Assembly (NCBI GenBank): GCA_002104905.1
Contig: MCFE01000428.1
Location: forward strand, 1 to 64,000
DNA length: 64,000 nt
Source: Basidiobolus meristosporus CBS 931.73
Taxonomy: Eukaryota; Fungi; Basidiobolomycota
Direction of reading: 5' to 3'
Part shown: positions 21,808 to 33,300 of the stretch, piece by piece
How positions within the stretch are numbered: the first letter of the stretch is position 1
Layout: each line of letters starts with the position of its first letter
The notes under the pieces: model-generated
Told to the model about the DNA's origin: nothing
What the model saw: the letters and a program-made list of their open reading frames with translations, nothing else
The model's database searches: none
Translations under genes and position numbers: made by a program

Positions 21808-23145
21808 CTACAGCGTTGTCATCCTTTTTGTGGTCTCATGGCTTGTCTGGATTATATGGGTGTCCATATGTTCAACAACTTGTCTTCTTGTTCTAAGCTG
21901 CTCATCAAAGATCTTCCTAACAGACGGTGATACACTCATGATTTCTCCAACTGACAAAGTGAGGTTCTGCTTCAGTAGTTTCTCAGTAATCAATTGGGGG
22001 CTTGAGTAGCCTGCTATCTTTGAGGTCATCTGAAAGTGAGGTAATGGGTCTTGGGTGGGCAGTGTTCCAGGCCTATTGTCAATAATAACCTCAGGCTCTT
22101 CAAATTGTGGTCTTCTAAGGATGGGTTTGACAGGTTCTTCAGGAAGGTGTCTCTTAGTAGCAAAGGTGTCTACTTCATATTTTCTGTTGTCAGGGCTGTT
22201 GGGACTCACTGTATGAGTCTCAATAGGGGCATCAACAGTAATCTTTCTAGTTGCTGAGTCAGACTTCTGGAAAAGGGCTCTCATTCCACCTCTTTGGAAA
22301 TTAGTGGGAATCCTTTTTCCTTCCTTATCAGCAAGCATTCCATCAGCATCAAACTGTACTGTTCCTTCTCTAAGTAGCTGGCTAAGCTCTGAGCATTCTT
22401 GTCTGGCATGCTGAGTAGAGTCACACCAAATGCAGTGTCTAGGCAAAGCTCTTTGGCCCTCAGTAGCTACCTCAGCTGTGCCGTTAATCTTGAGGGCTAG
22501 CTTTTGTAGCTGTTCAGCAAGTTGGTCCATTCTGTTGGTTGTGTAGGTCTGATTGTCAGCAACAGCACTCTTTAGCTCCTTGGTTGGCTGGTCTGGCAGA
22601 TTAGATGTCAGGAGTCTCATAAAGGTAGAAGTTTGCTTTGCCTCTAGGAGTACATGTTTCATCTCTGCAAAGCAAGGAATGCCAGACTTGTCATCCTTGG
22701 CTGCATGTAGGTCAACTTTCCTTGCCAATTCCTGGGGAAGCCCTTGTGCAAGGTAAAGTGTCATGGTAAACTCAGTTATTGCCTGGGACTCTAGGAGTGG
22801 CTTGGCCATATCTTCATATTGTTGAATGAACTCTTCAAGTGGTAGCTTGGAGAGTCTCATCCTTCCAAAGTGTCTGAGGTCTTCAATTCCATAGTATATC
22901 TGGGGTCTGCCATACTTGGTCTGTAGGTAGGTCTTCATTAAGGTCCAGTCAGTCAGAATGTCTCCTTGTCTGAGAAGCTTAGTAGTAATATCATTGGTGC
23001 AGTAGTAGGGGAAGTCTTCAGCCATTTCTTGTTCAAATAGGCTGCACATCTTGCAGAGCTTCTCCCATTTGAATATGAAGCTCTCCACATTCTTTCCATC
23101 AAACTGTGGGGCTCCATGTGAGAGTGGTAACAGCATAGAGTTCAT
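21808..23145 (-). pseudogene. gag: A1 gag, interrupted at its 3' end by the A3/A2/Copia stack
   Basis: APQFDGKNVESFIFKWE, CIWCDSTQHARQEC; homologous to A2 Gag but strongly diverged. Confidence 0.9.
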
Positions 23146-23285
23146 TTTGGGTGGATAGGTTGGTGTTGTAGTCTTGATAATATTGGTAGTCTTGCTTCAA
23201 TAAATGGGTAACGGCTCAAATCTTCAGGTAAATCTTGTTGGGTCCTAGGGAGCTTGTATGAACCCCCCACGTTGGGTGCCAAATA

Positions 23286-24573
23286 TGTGGTGGTGTATAA
23301 GTCCAAAGGGCAAAATACGGCCAACACTTCTCAAGTGTGAATGTGTGTGGGGTGTTCAGTGGGTGCAATAACCTCTGGCAAAAGCTTGCTAGGAATACTG
23401 GGTCTTTTGTCTAATCTAATGTGATGGGGGATAAAGCCTCCAGCTTGTCAAGGGAAAACTATTGAACTACAATCCCCAACTTAGTTGGCGTCTTAACAAA
23501 AGCTTATAATGGCTTTGACGTCCTTTGAGATGACAATAGACTTGTTCCATTGTGCCATTGATCATAGTGCCAGAGAGTGCTGTATATTTTGTTATTAATT
23601 TGATATTTTAGGGTCATATGCATGTCAATTTTGATCCCAAATTGGCACTCTATGGCACCATCTGGCACTCTGAGGCATGATCAGGCACCATCTGGCATGC
23701 TATGGCACTATTAGGCACTATGATCAGCTGGAATGATGGAACAAGCTAATGTACTAAAGCTTCCAAAGTCAAAACAACTGTAAACTCCACCAACAGGGAC
23801 TTGATAAGAATGCAGCTTTGACCAATAGTTACAAAGACTGAAAAGTATCTTTGCCTGTACAAGAACAAACTTGGGAAAACAAACAATAAAATAAAATATA
23901 CCTACTCTGAGTATTCCTCACAAGTAGTGCCTCCAAGGTCAGTTGGCTGTCAGTGCGGTTTCCTGGGAGTATTGTCAGGTCTGAGTCAGAAAATAGTGGT
24001 AATAGGTAGCGGTGATCTCACTAATCAATAAGTTGGAATATTGGAAGAGGGATGGTTTATTTTAAGTGATAGCCTCCCTTATATACTTTTTTGCTGCTCA
24101 ATTTCTTGCTAGAAAATACTTTCCAGAAGTTTCCAGAAGGTAGTAGACAGCCAATCATGTCATTGTGTACTAAAAATAGTGCAAATTCTTGGCAGATTGT
24201 TCCATGAGACATAGTAGCACCTAGCCAATCAGGTAGTGGTAATATGAAACCCCTGTGTCATGTGGTTGCCTCTTATGGTAGTAGGATAGGAGGATTATGA
24301 AACCAAGATGGTCACATGACATGGGCACTGCTGGGGTACTTGCCTTATATGGTAAATATCTTATCTTGGCATCTTGGCAAGGAATAGGAATAGCTTGTGC
24401 AATGGGATAATAGTGACAAATAGTTTGTCAGGTTGCATAGTAATAATCACATAGACAGAATAGAAAATATTGCAATTTGGGATGATACTAATATAGGGGG
24501 GGTAATCCTTTTTAGGGAAGTGAATGTATGAGAATGAGCACATCTGCCTGTGGGTGTCACTGACCCCACTACA
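23286..24573 (-). repeat. A1 5' LTR containing a MITE
   Basis: Matches 7790-8866 except for a 213-bp insertion and scattered substitutions. Confidence 0.95.
23538..23747. mobile_element. 210-bp MITE, 3-bp TSD AAT
   Basis: Empty site GACAATGTACT in the sister LTR; filled site GAC-AAT-[AGACTTGTTCCAT...ATGGAACAAGCT]-AAT-GTACT; subterminal GTGCCA/TGGCAC repeats in inverted orientation. Confidence 0.92.
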
Positions 24574-25800
24574 ATGTAGAGGAACCTGTGTCAATGAGAG
24601 TGGGAATCTCTGTATTCTCTTTACATAATTCTGGGTATGTACCCTTATTTGGCTTTTGTAGGACTGTCTGGTTGACATGATGGGTTGTCATCTTGCTCAA
24701 TCCCTCTAAAAATTCTTTGACTAGAGCCAGGACAACTCCCAATAAATTGGTTATTGGGAGGGTTGCCTTGGTTTGTTCTAGTACCTTCATTATAGGCAAT
24801 AGGCCATGGGAGGACATACTAGCATTCTTAGTTTGCTTCAATACTTCTTCCCAAGGCTCATCCTGTACTTCTTCACTAACTTCCACATTCTTTCCCTTTG
24901 ATAGAACCTCTACTACAGGCTCCTTTGCCTCCCCTCTAGAAGCATGATGTCAATGCTTATTCTCCCGCACTTTGACTGTTCTTATCAGAGGGCTTAAGTT
25001 GATTGAGTCCTGTTGACCTCCTGGCAAGGGACTCTGTCTTTTGACACCTTCTTCTCCTTTGTTTCCAGTCCAGGTTCTCATCTGTACCATTTTGCACATA
25101 TGTGGGCTCCATAGCCCACTTCTCCACATACACAACACAGATAATGTTGTCAAGATTGTTCCATCTGTTGAGGCAGGGCTTGTACCTGGGCCTTTAGATC
25201 AACAACAGCTTCCCAGAGCTTATTGCTTTGTTTGGGGACTTCTTGGAGATTATTGATCAGGAGTTCTTAGACCTTTTGTTCTAATTCCTCTAACTCACAG
25301 TCTTTTGGGGAGGCAATTTTTCTTTTCTTAGAGGGGATCCCTGTTCTTTGAGCACTTATAGCACTATAGGGTAGCCCCTATAGCTAGACAACCTGTCTTA
25401 CTCATTTGACTAATGCTTGCCACATTTTACATCTCTGTTGCTCTTAAGATGCCCTACACCTTATTTTGTTGTCTAAGCCAATAATATAATCCCTTATGAG
25501 CTGTTGTTTGGCAATTTTGTTCTTTAAAAGACATCATACTTATTGCAGAAATAGTCCAGTGGAGGCTTTGTAGCTCTCACTGCCTTTCTTCTGTGAGTAC
25601 AGTTGAAGGGCTTCATAGTGGTATCCTTTGGCAGACAGAAAGCATGTCATGTAAACTTCTTCCAGTGCATTCCAGTCACTTTTGATAGCATCTTTCAACC
25701 TATAATGCCATTGCCATGCTGAACCTTCAATATGTCTTATAAACACTCTTACTTTCTTTTTGGTGTACTATCCTGCATCACCCACAACTCTCTCAAACAT
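24574..25800 (-). pseudogene. Family B gag and protease N-terminus
   Basis: Retrotransposon gag-like W..L....W..L...F segment and EIPTLIDTGSS, continued after 7789 by TFIMSESLANHLKL. Confidence 0.8.
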
Positions 25801-25907
25801 ATCAAACCACTCAAGGACTTTCTCTCTCTTCCCTTTGTATGCTCTCAGTTTGATTGTAGTAGTCACTACCTTACTTGTGCTTATTTCCACAGAGACAACA
25901 CCAAATA

Positions 25908-26230
25908 TGTGGGTTATTGCTGAATGCACTTGGTAGCAGGGAGAGCTTGTAGGTCAAGTCAGTAGCACTTGGTTCAGAATAGCTTCTGATAGAAGGTTGC
26001 AAGGTAATAAAGACTTATGTTTATTACATCAAAGACTTGTCCCTTTCAACTGGTCTCAATTGGCTATATATATATCTCACTGTGTGATAGACAGTATGTT
26101 ATAAAATAGGGGTGCAAGCACCTTCCTATTATGGTAAGTGTTGTAACTAGGTAAGGACAGGAATAGGAGGAAGGATGTATGCAGGACTCATAGTAAGTAT
26201 ACTGGGGAGACTTTGGGTACAACTCTGGGG
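25908..26230 (-). repeat. Family B 5' LTR, truncated
   Basis: Homologous to 4218-4545; preceded by a PBS-like TGGTGTTGTCTCTGTGG with the same TATT spacer as family A. Confidence 0.8.
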
Positions 26231-26829
26231 GTCCTGTGGTATGGGATTGGAAGCTCAGGTAGCAGCAGTTAGCACAGATCACACTAATCAGCAAGTTGAT
26301 ATATTGATAACAAGGATGATGATTTATTGCTGAGGGATTGCCTCCCTTATATACTAACTGCACTGGCCAAGTGAATACTGATCAAGAATTTCCAGAAGGT
26401 TCTGGAGATGAATTGAAATCTTAATAACATCAAAATGAGCTAAGAATGCTCTAAGTAGATGCTGCAAGGTTTCAAGAAGCACAGCACATCCAACAAAACA
26501 AGGATCAGTATTTTGAAACCTGTGTAACATAGGGATACTAAATATGGGATGAAAATAGTAGGGATGGTAATACAGTTTGGTCATATGTCACAGGTCCTGG
26601 AGTGGATACTTGCCTAATATAGAAGCACTTATATCTAGTAATCTTACATATAGTGAGATATATTGTATGCAATTAATAAGCATATATCATTGTTAGCCAG
26701 CTTATGGCATAGCAATGATCAGATAAGAGAAGCTGGATAATACTAAAATGAGGGTAGTAGAAAAATAGGGAGGTGGAAAATATAAGAATGAGCACATTGG
26801 TCAGTGGGTGTCACTATGACCCCATTACA
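26231..26829 (-). repeat. Old family-A LTR (A4), right piece
   Basis: Aligns with A3 from gtcctgtggt (12900) to the terminus ...gggtgtcactatgaccccattaca. Confidence 0.85.
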
Positions 26830-26996
26830 CCATAGGTGGATCCAATCTGAATCAGCTGTTAGTATCCTGCAATGAGTCTGTCATAATCAAGGTAGGGCAT
26901 ACTGACTCAAATATACCAATGCAAAAAAGTTGATCAGATCTGGCTAAGTTTGGTGCAATCACAACTCAAACTGTCAACAAAAAATATTATGAGAGG

Positions 26997-27330
26997 TGTT
27001 AAAAGAGTATTAGACCTATTGAAATTAATTGGGGGAACAAGCAGAATACATTGCTATTGCTTATTTATTTATTGTATTTGAAAGTATTACTTATACTTCA
27101 CCAGGTCTTAGAGAGACAAACATGTAGTGCATATTCAAAAAAGACTCTGCTCATATCAGTGCAGAGTTTATAGTGATTTCAGCAGCTTTGATATATTTTG
27201 TATTTTAGGTATATGATGACTTGGTAAAAGCATTTCCAGTGAGTCCCAGCCAAGAGTTTGAGCAGAGTTCTCTAAGGTTTATGATCTATGTGAGTAAGTC
27301 AGGTGCACTGGTAGGTGTTATTGCAAATAT
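26997..27330 (-). repeat. Ancient, highly diverged LTR of the Copia-1 family
   Basis: tgttaaaagagtattagacctattgaaattaattgggggaacaagcag versus tgttgtaagagtcttggagatattggaagtgattgggagaacaagtag; collinear over ~330 bp. Confidence 0.6.
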
Positions 27331-27349
27331 TTCTCTAAGATGATAACAA

Positions 27350-28530
27350 AGATTCAATCTCAGGTGCATCAAGAGCCAGGACTGAATCAGAGTAAGGCAA
27401 TGCAGATTTTGACACTCCAGTAGACTTGACAACCATGTTTCAGCCTGAATCAGTGCCCAGAAATATCCCTGAAGTGGCCAATCCACTATCATATGACAAA
27501 AGATCCAAACACTTTAGACATGACCTATACTACTCCATCAATAAGAATATAATCTTAGCCTATATCCATTTAGTCCATATGGATAGAACCCACATATTAA
27601 AAGAGGCCTTAAAAAGTCCCAAGATAGGTTGTGAAGATCTGCAATGACTGGTAATTATCCAGTGTTGATAAAAAACTAAATCTGGGACTTAGTCAATTGA
27701 CCAATCAACAATGTAGCAATTGGATGCCAATGGGGCTTCAAGACAAAATACAAGGCTGATGGTGCAGTTGAAGGGCATTAGACTTGTCTTGTGGACAATG
27801 ATAATCTGAAACAAAAGGAATGGACTTCACTTTAACCTTTGCATTATTAGCCAAGTTTATTTTGCTCATGTTGATATTTGCTAACTCAGCTGAATATAGA
27901 TTTTTCACCCATTGCATGGATGCTAACACCAATTATTTCTAAATGAGGAATCTAATCAGGATGTGTATATGGACCAGCATAATGAATTTTTTGATAAAGA
28001 TAGCTATATGTGATATGGAAGCTCAGAAAATATCTGTATGGTTTCAAGCAATCACTGAGAGCCTTCAATTCAAAGATCAAATTTTTTAGGATCCCTGGGT
28101 TCTCAAGGAAGTGCTGCCAACTACAGTATCTACTATAATCTAGATGAAGCAAGTCCTGTTTTATTAGCTCTTTATGTAGATGATTGTATTTTAACCCCCA
28201 ATAGCCAAAAAACACTCTCTGGTAGGTGTGTGCAATATAAGACAGCTTTGGAACTGCTTAAAAAATATTAATACCTTCCAGGCCTTCACTAATTGTAAGT
28301 AATGGCCAACATTTAATTAAGCAATTCTTAGGTAAACAGTTCATAGCTTAGCAGTAGGCAGAGTAGAATCATGCATTATGTGAGTGTTTAGGTGCAAACA
28401 GAAAAATCAACATATTGCTATATGGTGAGCAATTTTCATTTTTAATGCTGCATAGGCTGCTTAAGAGATATACAGATCTTGTTTGATTTATAACTGGTGA
28501 TGACAGGTGCACAGTATTTGGTCACATACT
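27350..28530 (+). pseudogene. Decayed internal fragment (IN-RT linker and RT) of the Copia-1 family
   Basis: QPESVPRNIPEV, tgggacttagtcaa, ttcaagacaaaatacaaggctgatggt and the LYVDD region; multiple stops. Confidence 0.8.
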
Positions 28531-30386
28531 AGAAAACTTGCTGCCTAATGACCAAGAAAGATTTGGAGTCAACAGTCATGAGCACTGACTCTTTGTCAAG
28601 CTCCAATAGACAATGGCCAATCTCAAAGAATTCTGTACAAACTGGGGACACATTTGGCAAGATCACATTTGCAGTAGCCAATGCTGAGCCCCAATCATTG
28701 CATGTGTCTTCTACCACACACTCCTAGATTCAATCCTGCAGGATTTCCAGGGAAAAGGAAGAATACCATTTTTAACAAAGCAGCCAGTGGAAATGCACTT
28801 CCTCCGAGCTTTTCCCAAACCGTTTTCAAATCCCAATGATATCTCCAACAAGCTCAAGGTTAATGATGATGGGTACGGGTACTGCCGGGATGGGTTTGCA
28901 GCTTGAGCAAGCTGATTATTAACAACACAAATAGGTTCATGACGGTCTGCGATGATTGACATGTCTTCACCAATGATTCATCTCGCATACGTCTATGCGG
29001 TTCCACACAGCATCTTGTATAATGTGGCATCTAGAGGTATTTCAACAAACAAGCTAATTGATTTTTGCAGTCACCGATCTGCTTGTGGCCAATCATTCCA
29101 ACCAACCCACCTCAAACAAAATCCCAGCACCCACGGCTTGTCTAGTGGCCAACCAATGATGTAGGCTCACCAAAGGCGATGGTCTAGCAGCACACACGTC
29201 TCCATACGAACTGCCTTTATCATGTGAAAATGGGATATACCGTGGACAGCATGAATGTGAGCTGGGCCGAGTCGAAAGCATCATCGCCAACTTCGCGTCA
29301 TTAATGGGCTGCTCAAGCATGACTTGGGTGGAATTCCTTGAAGGGTCAGCTGACGGGGGGCTGACGTTGTCATCAGGAATGATCGGCCAGATTTGTCTTC
29401 ATGGAAATAGCCATTCGATTGCCAATTGACCGAAGCCCGGCCATGTATAGCTTGGATGCATTAGCATACCCCACCTCTGGTCCTAGTTAGGAAATGATTT
29501 AGCCATCAAGAAGCACTCGAGCGTCATCGCCAATGGTCGCTCAATATGGTAAGAGTAAACAAAACCATGCCGCTTTCCACGATTTTTGCTCATAATTGAT
29601 GAAGCCGAAGGCGGAGGTGAAGGGGAAGGGGAAGGGGAAGGTATCCTGCAACAGGGCGGAAGTTGGAAGTTGTTCCGGTAGATCAATGCGTGGTCGAAGG
29701 TAACTATGGATCATCTCGGTTAGCGTCGCGAAACACATCAGACGTCTCATTCCCTAATCGATAGGTTTGGAGCCGAGATCACATCAAGCTATATCCTGCG
29801 ACAGCAGTCTGCTAACCTCTGTTGCCATTCATCAAGCAGCAAAGACTCAATGGTGATGATATGTCAGAGTCACCGAGCTGTCATTCATTACTTGTATCTG
29901 CTACCAGTGCGTTCAAATCATATGAGCTCATGTATCTGAAGTGAGAATGACTTCACTTGATCAAGTGACCATTCCGGTAAAACATTCGAATCATTTCTCA
30001 AAATAGACTAAATATCTGGTGGACCAACAGTAACTGTTGTAACGGTTTTATACTGTTTCATCAGTCGGTATCAAATTCCCATCAAAATCGTGTCAGTCTC
30101 CAACGTTAGGGTTTCCATCACTGGTGATTTTGATTGAAAAGTCACGGAAAGACACCAGTGCTTCCTTGCAACTTTCACCATTGCTAGATTGTAGTATTGT
30201 ACAGTTATTCAAGTGCACGTTTCTTCCATTGATATACCCTACCTTGCTTTTACCATCCCTAGCTTTTTATTTTCACCTTAACTATAAGCCCTCCAACTCT
30301 GTCCGACCCTTATTAACCCTCCTTTGAAGACCACCGTTACACTAAGAGAAGCTTTGCCGCGGATACTACCCAGCCCACCTAACACA

Positions 30387-33300
30387 ATGGGTGGTAGTGA
30401 GGACAAGCATGAACTTACCTCCTTGCTACAGATATTAAAGAATTCATCTGATCAGCTAATATTACGAACGGATCCGACCAGTGTAAAACGGTCCTCCATG
30501 CCCTTCTTAAGCAGTTCAACGCCAAGCCCCTCCACAATGACTTCTAAAATGTAACTGTTCCCGGAACGTAGATATTCTTTCCACCCTACTCACGAATCGC
30601 ATATCCATAGACTTGAGGAGCTGAGGAGTAGCCAAGGCGCGCCACCGACGACCGAAAAGATCACTCGAAGAAGGTTGGCTTGATCCTCCCCATTCGCGCC
30701 ACCAAGTCCTTAAACTGACCTTCTTGGCTTTCATAGAACCATCCATTTCGGAAACTCCGAACCCATATTCAAAAAGCCCTTCCTAACTGTTCAGGTGATT
30801 TCCTCGCTTTTCTCTCTGGCACCGCGTATAAATAGTTCGTTCGGGTGGTGACAGAACGTGAGTCTTGCAGAGCGCTGACTAACACAAATCGTTTCCCGTT
30901 TTCTTAGCCGGGCTCCACCGTCGACCCGTTGGCAAAAACCATCCCCGATTCTAGGCAGCATACTGAATCCATGAAAGATTCCACGAAAGTATCAGACCAA
31001 GCGACCCTACCGGAGTTTGGTACGATCCACGCGCTGCAGACAGAGATTGAGGTGCTCAAAATCGAGCACTTTCAGGCACTTCGTGATGCCGAGAATCGAC
31101 ATCGTCAAGAGTACGCCTCCGCTCAAGAACATTTCGACCGCTCCCGTATCGAATACGAGCGCGACAAAAACCTACTGGAAACCCAAGTGCGGTCACTCCA
31201 GCAAGAGAAATCAGAACTGGAGACACAGCTGAGCAAAGCGCTGGCGACACTTCAAGAACGCCCAGACCCAGTGAAGGTTGAGCAGGAGATGAATTCGTTC
31301 AGAGAGCTCATCCAGTCACTTCGGAACGAAACCATTTCCCTAGAGCAATCACATGTCGCAGAAAGGGAGCGGCTTGCAAAGGAACTCAACGAAGATCATT
31401 CTCAGCAGATAGATATCCTCGAGAGAGAAATGAAGCATCTGGCTGACCAGCTCGGCGACACCAAACAAGAGCTGCAATTCTATGAGAAATCGTTACGAAA
31501 AGTGCTGGTTCAGCTCTCCGAATCCCGGGAATGCCTGGAAAACAGCCAAGTGGAAAAGAAGGATCTGGAAATACGAGCGGTGGAAAATGAAATCGCCTAT
31601 CTTGACCTCGAGGAGGAACGGGACGAACTGAAAGCCCAATGCGGCCACTTAAGCCAGCAACTGGAGATATTGGCCCGAAAGAGTTTCGACGTAAGTTTTC
31701 CCTTTGGTTTGTGTTGGTACATCTTGATAACCGGGCGATTCTTGCTCCTGCTAGCTGACCGACGGTGCCCACGCCAAGTCCAAAGCCAGCAGCCACGAGT
31801 CTTTAAGACAGCAATACTGCGACCTCAAACAAGATTGCAACTCGTTGGCCGAGAAAATCGAGTTGATGAAAGCCAGGAGAGAGTTGTTGTTGGAGGAGAT
31901 TTCGGAGTTGGCCTTATCTACACAATCTCTTCAGAATATGATCGAACTTAGTGACTACGAGTCGGATCCTTCTCTGGGGAATGCTCACCTTGATGGTCAA
32001 GTAGGGGAAAGCGTCATGCGAAATGAGGAGCTCCTGAAGGAAATCCACTCACTAGAGGATAGCCACGAAGCGCTTGAGCAGCACTACATTTACCTCCAGA
32101 AGTCCATTGAGGAGCTTAACGTAGCCTTGTCCGAAGAATCCGAGCGGGTCGTTACGCTCCAGGAAGAGAAAAAATCTCTAACGGAGGAGATTGATGAGCT
32201 TATCCAGATCAATGAGAAATTCCGTAACAAGGCCGACTTCTGGAGAAACACGGTGAGCAAGATAGAGTCTGAGCAGATGACTGACCGGAAACGCCACTCC
32301 CTTGGCTCTGAAAATGACACCTTCACGAGAATCCAAAGAATTTACGAACAGCGCCTAGTGGACCAACAGCATCGATTTAACCGGCTGTGGGACGATATTG
32401 TCACCAGCAATGAGCACTTGCATAGTGAAAACCAAAACCTTCAACATCAGCTCGGGGACACAGAGAAAGAAAGAGACTCTTGGGCCGAATACGCGCATTC
32501 ACTTCAGACACGCGTGGAAGCCCTTTCAGGGGAGTCGGAAATGCCCAAATCGATACTTGTCACGGACCCCTCGATGAACACCATTAGCCATGAGAAGATT
32601 TACGACCATCACGAGGCAGACCGTATTCCGAAATCGGTCTTAGATTCCCATTTGAGCGCACTAACCTCCAAGTTCAAGCAGCAAATAGACGCCTTGGAGA
32701 GCGACAAACAAGAGTTGATTAACTACGCCACTGACCTGGAGTATGATGTGGAGCAGCTCACATACGCGCTTCAAAAGAGAGATGGCGCCAGCAAACGCAC
32801 CTCTCGCAGTTTTGCTCCTCCAACACCCAGCGAATCAGTCAGCCAGGAGTCCCTTCTCCCTGGCCCGGGGATTTTCCAGGAGGATGGACGCTCGGAAAGC
32901 AATGAGGCATCCGGAATCGAGTCTGGCCCCACTTTCTCCGCACTGTCAGATTTCGATACAGACGGGTTCGCTACCCTGTTTGCCGATATCGACCAGATGC
33001 GAGACGAAATGACCAGACTTTCGCAATCCAATGCCCGTTTACAAGAAGAGTGCCGCATACTCAAGGCAGAGAGGGAGAGATTGACCCAGATGGTACGTCA
33101 GCTCCTTGAAAAGGATTCCTCGGTTACCGAACACCAAGAGTTACTTGCTCGGTTTACTGGAATCGGGCGCGAGCTCGAAGAGATGTCCGAGGCTGATATC
33201 AGCAAGGATCCTCGGGTTTTGGAACTCGTGGATAGAGTCAACCGGCTAGAGCTCTCACTTGATAACGAACGCCGGGCGAACGACAAGCTCAGGCAAGCAG

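Larger units (their letters stand above)
12429..21812 (-). repeat. Solo LTR A3 (about 1071 bp in two pieces, 12429-13370 and 21684-21812), TSD GCGT, split by A2
   Basis: TGTGGTGG start, CCACTACA end, GCGT at 12425-12428 and 21813-21816; removing it rejoins A1 gag to protease; no internal coding sequence of its own. Confidence 0.9.
7790..24573 (-). mobile_element. Full-length Ty3/Gypsy element A1 (inactivated), 4-bp TSD ATGT
   Basis: LTRs 7790-8866 and 23286-24573 (TGTGGTGG...CCACTACA), TSD ATGT at 7786-7789 and 24574-24577, PBS 23264-23281, PPT next to 8867, gag-PR-RT-RH-IN order. Confidence 0.97.
4218..26230 (-). mobile_element. Ty3/Gypsy family B element, decayed and internally deleted; host of A1
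   Basis: Homologous LTRs start TGTGGGTTA at 4218 and 25908. Gag (AWQWHYRL..W..LEE..F, 25540-25746), protease LIDTGSS split at 24574/7789, RT start WASP..PKKDG..FCIDYQKLN (6751-6948), integrase core and GP motif (about 5920-6750). Confidence 0.85.

Noticed and set aside
21820-21832. Programmed -1 frameshift between A1 gag and protease
   Set aside because: Adding one base to the 5-nt homopolymer restores a continuous frame, A2 has gag and PR in one frame, and a similar 1-bp loss occurs near 11862. Mutation or sequencing error is simpler.
1-28600. Classical RIP (CpA to TpA)
   Set aside because: Copy-to-copy differences concentrate at CpG, TpA is not visibly inflated, and intact multi-copy elements persist.
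29620-29641. (GGGGAA)n run and PSPSPSPSPP ORF
   Set aside because: A short simple repeat with no supporting gene structure.
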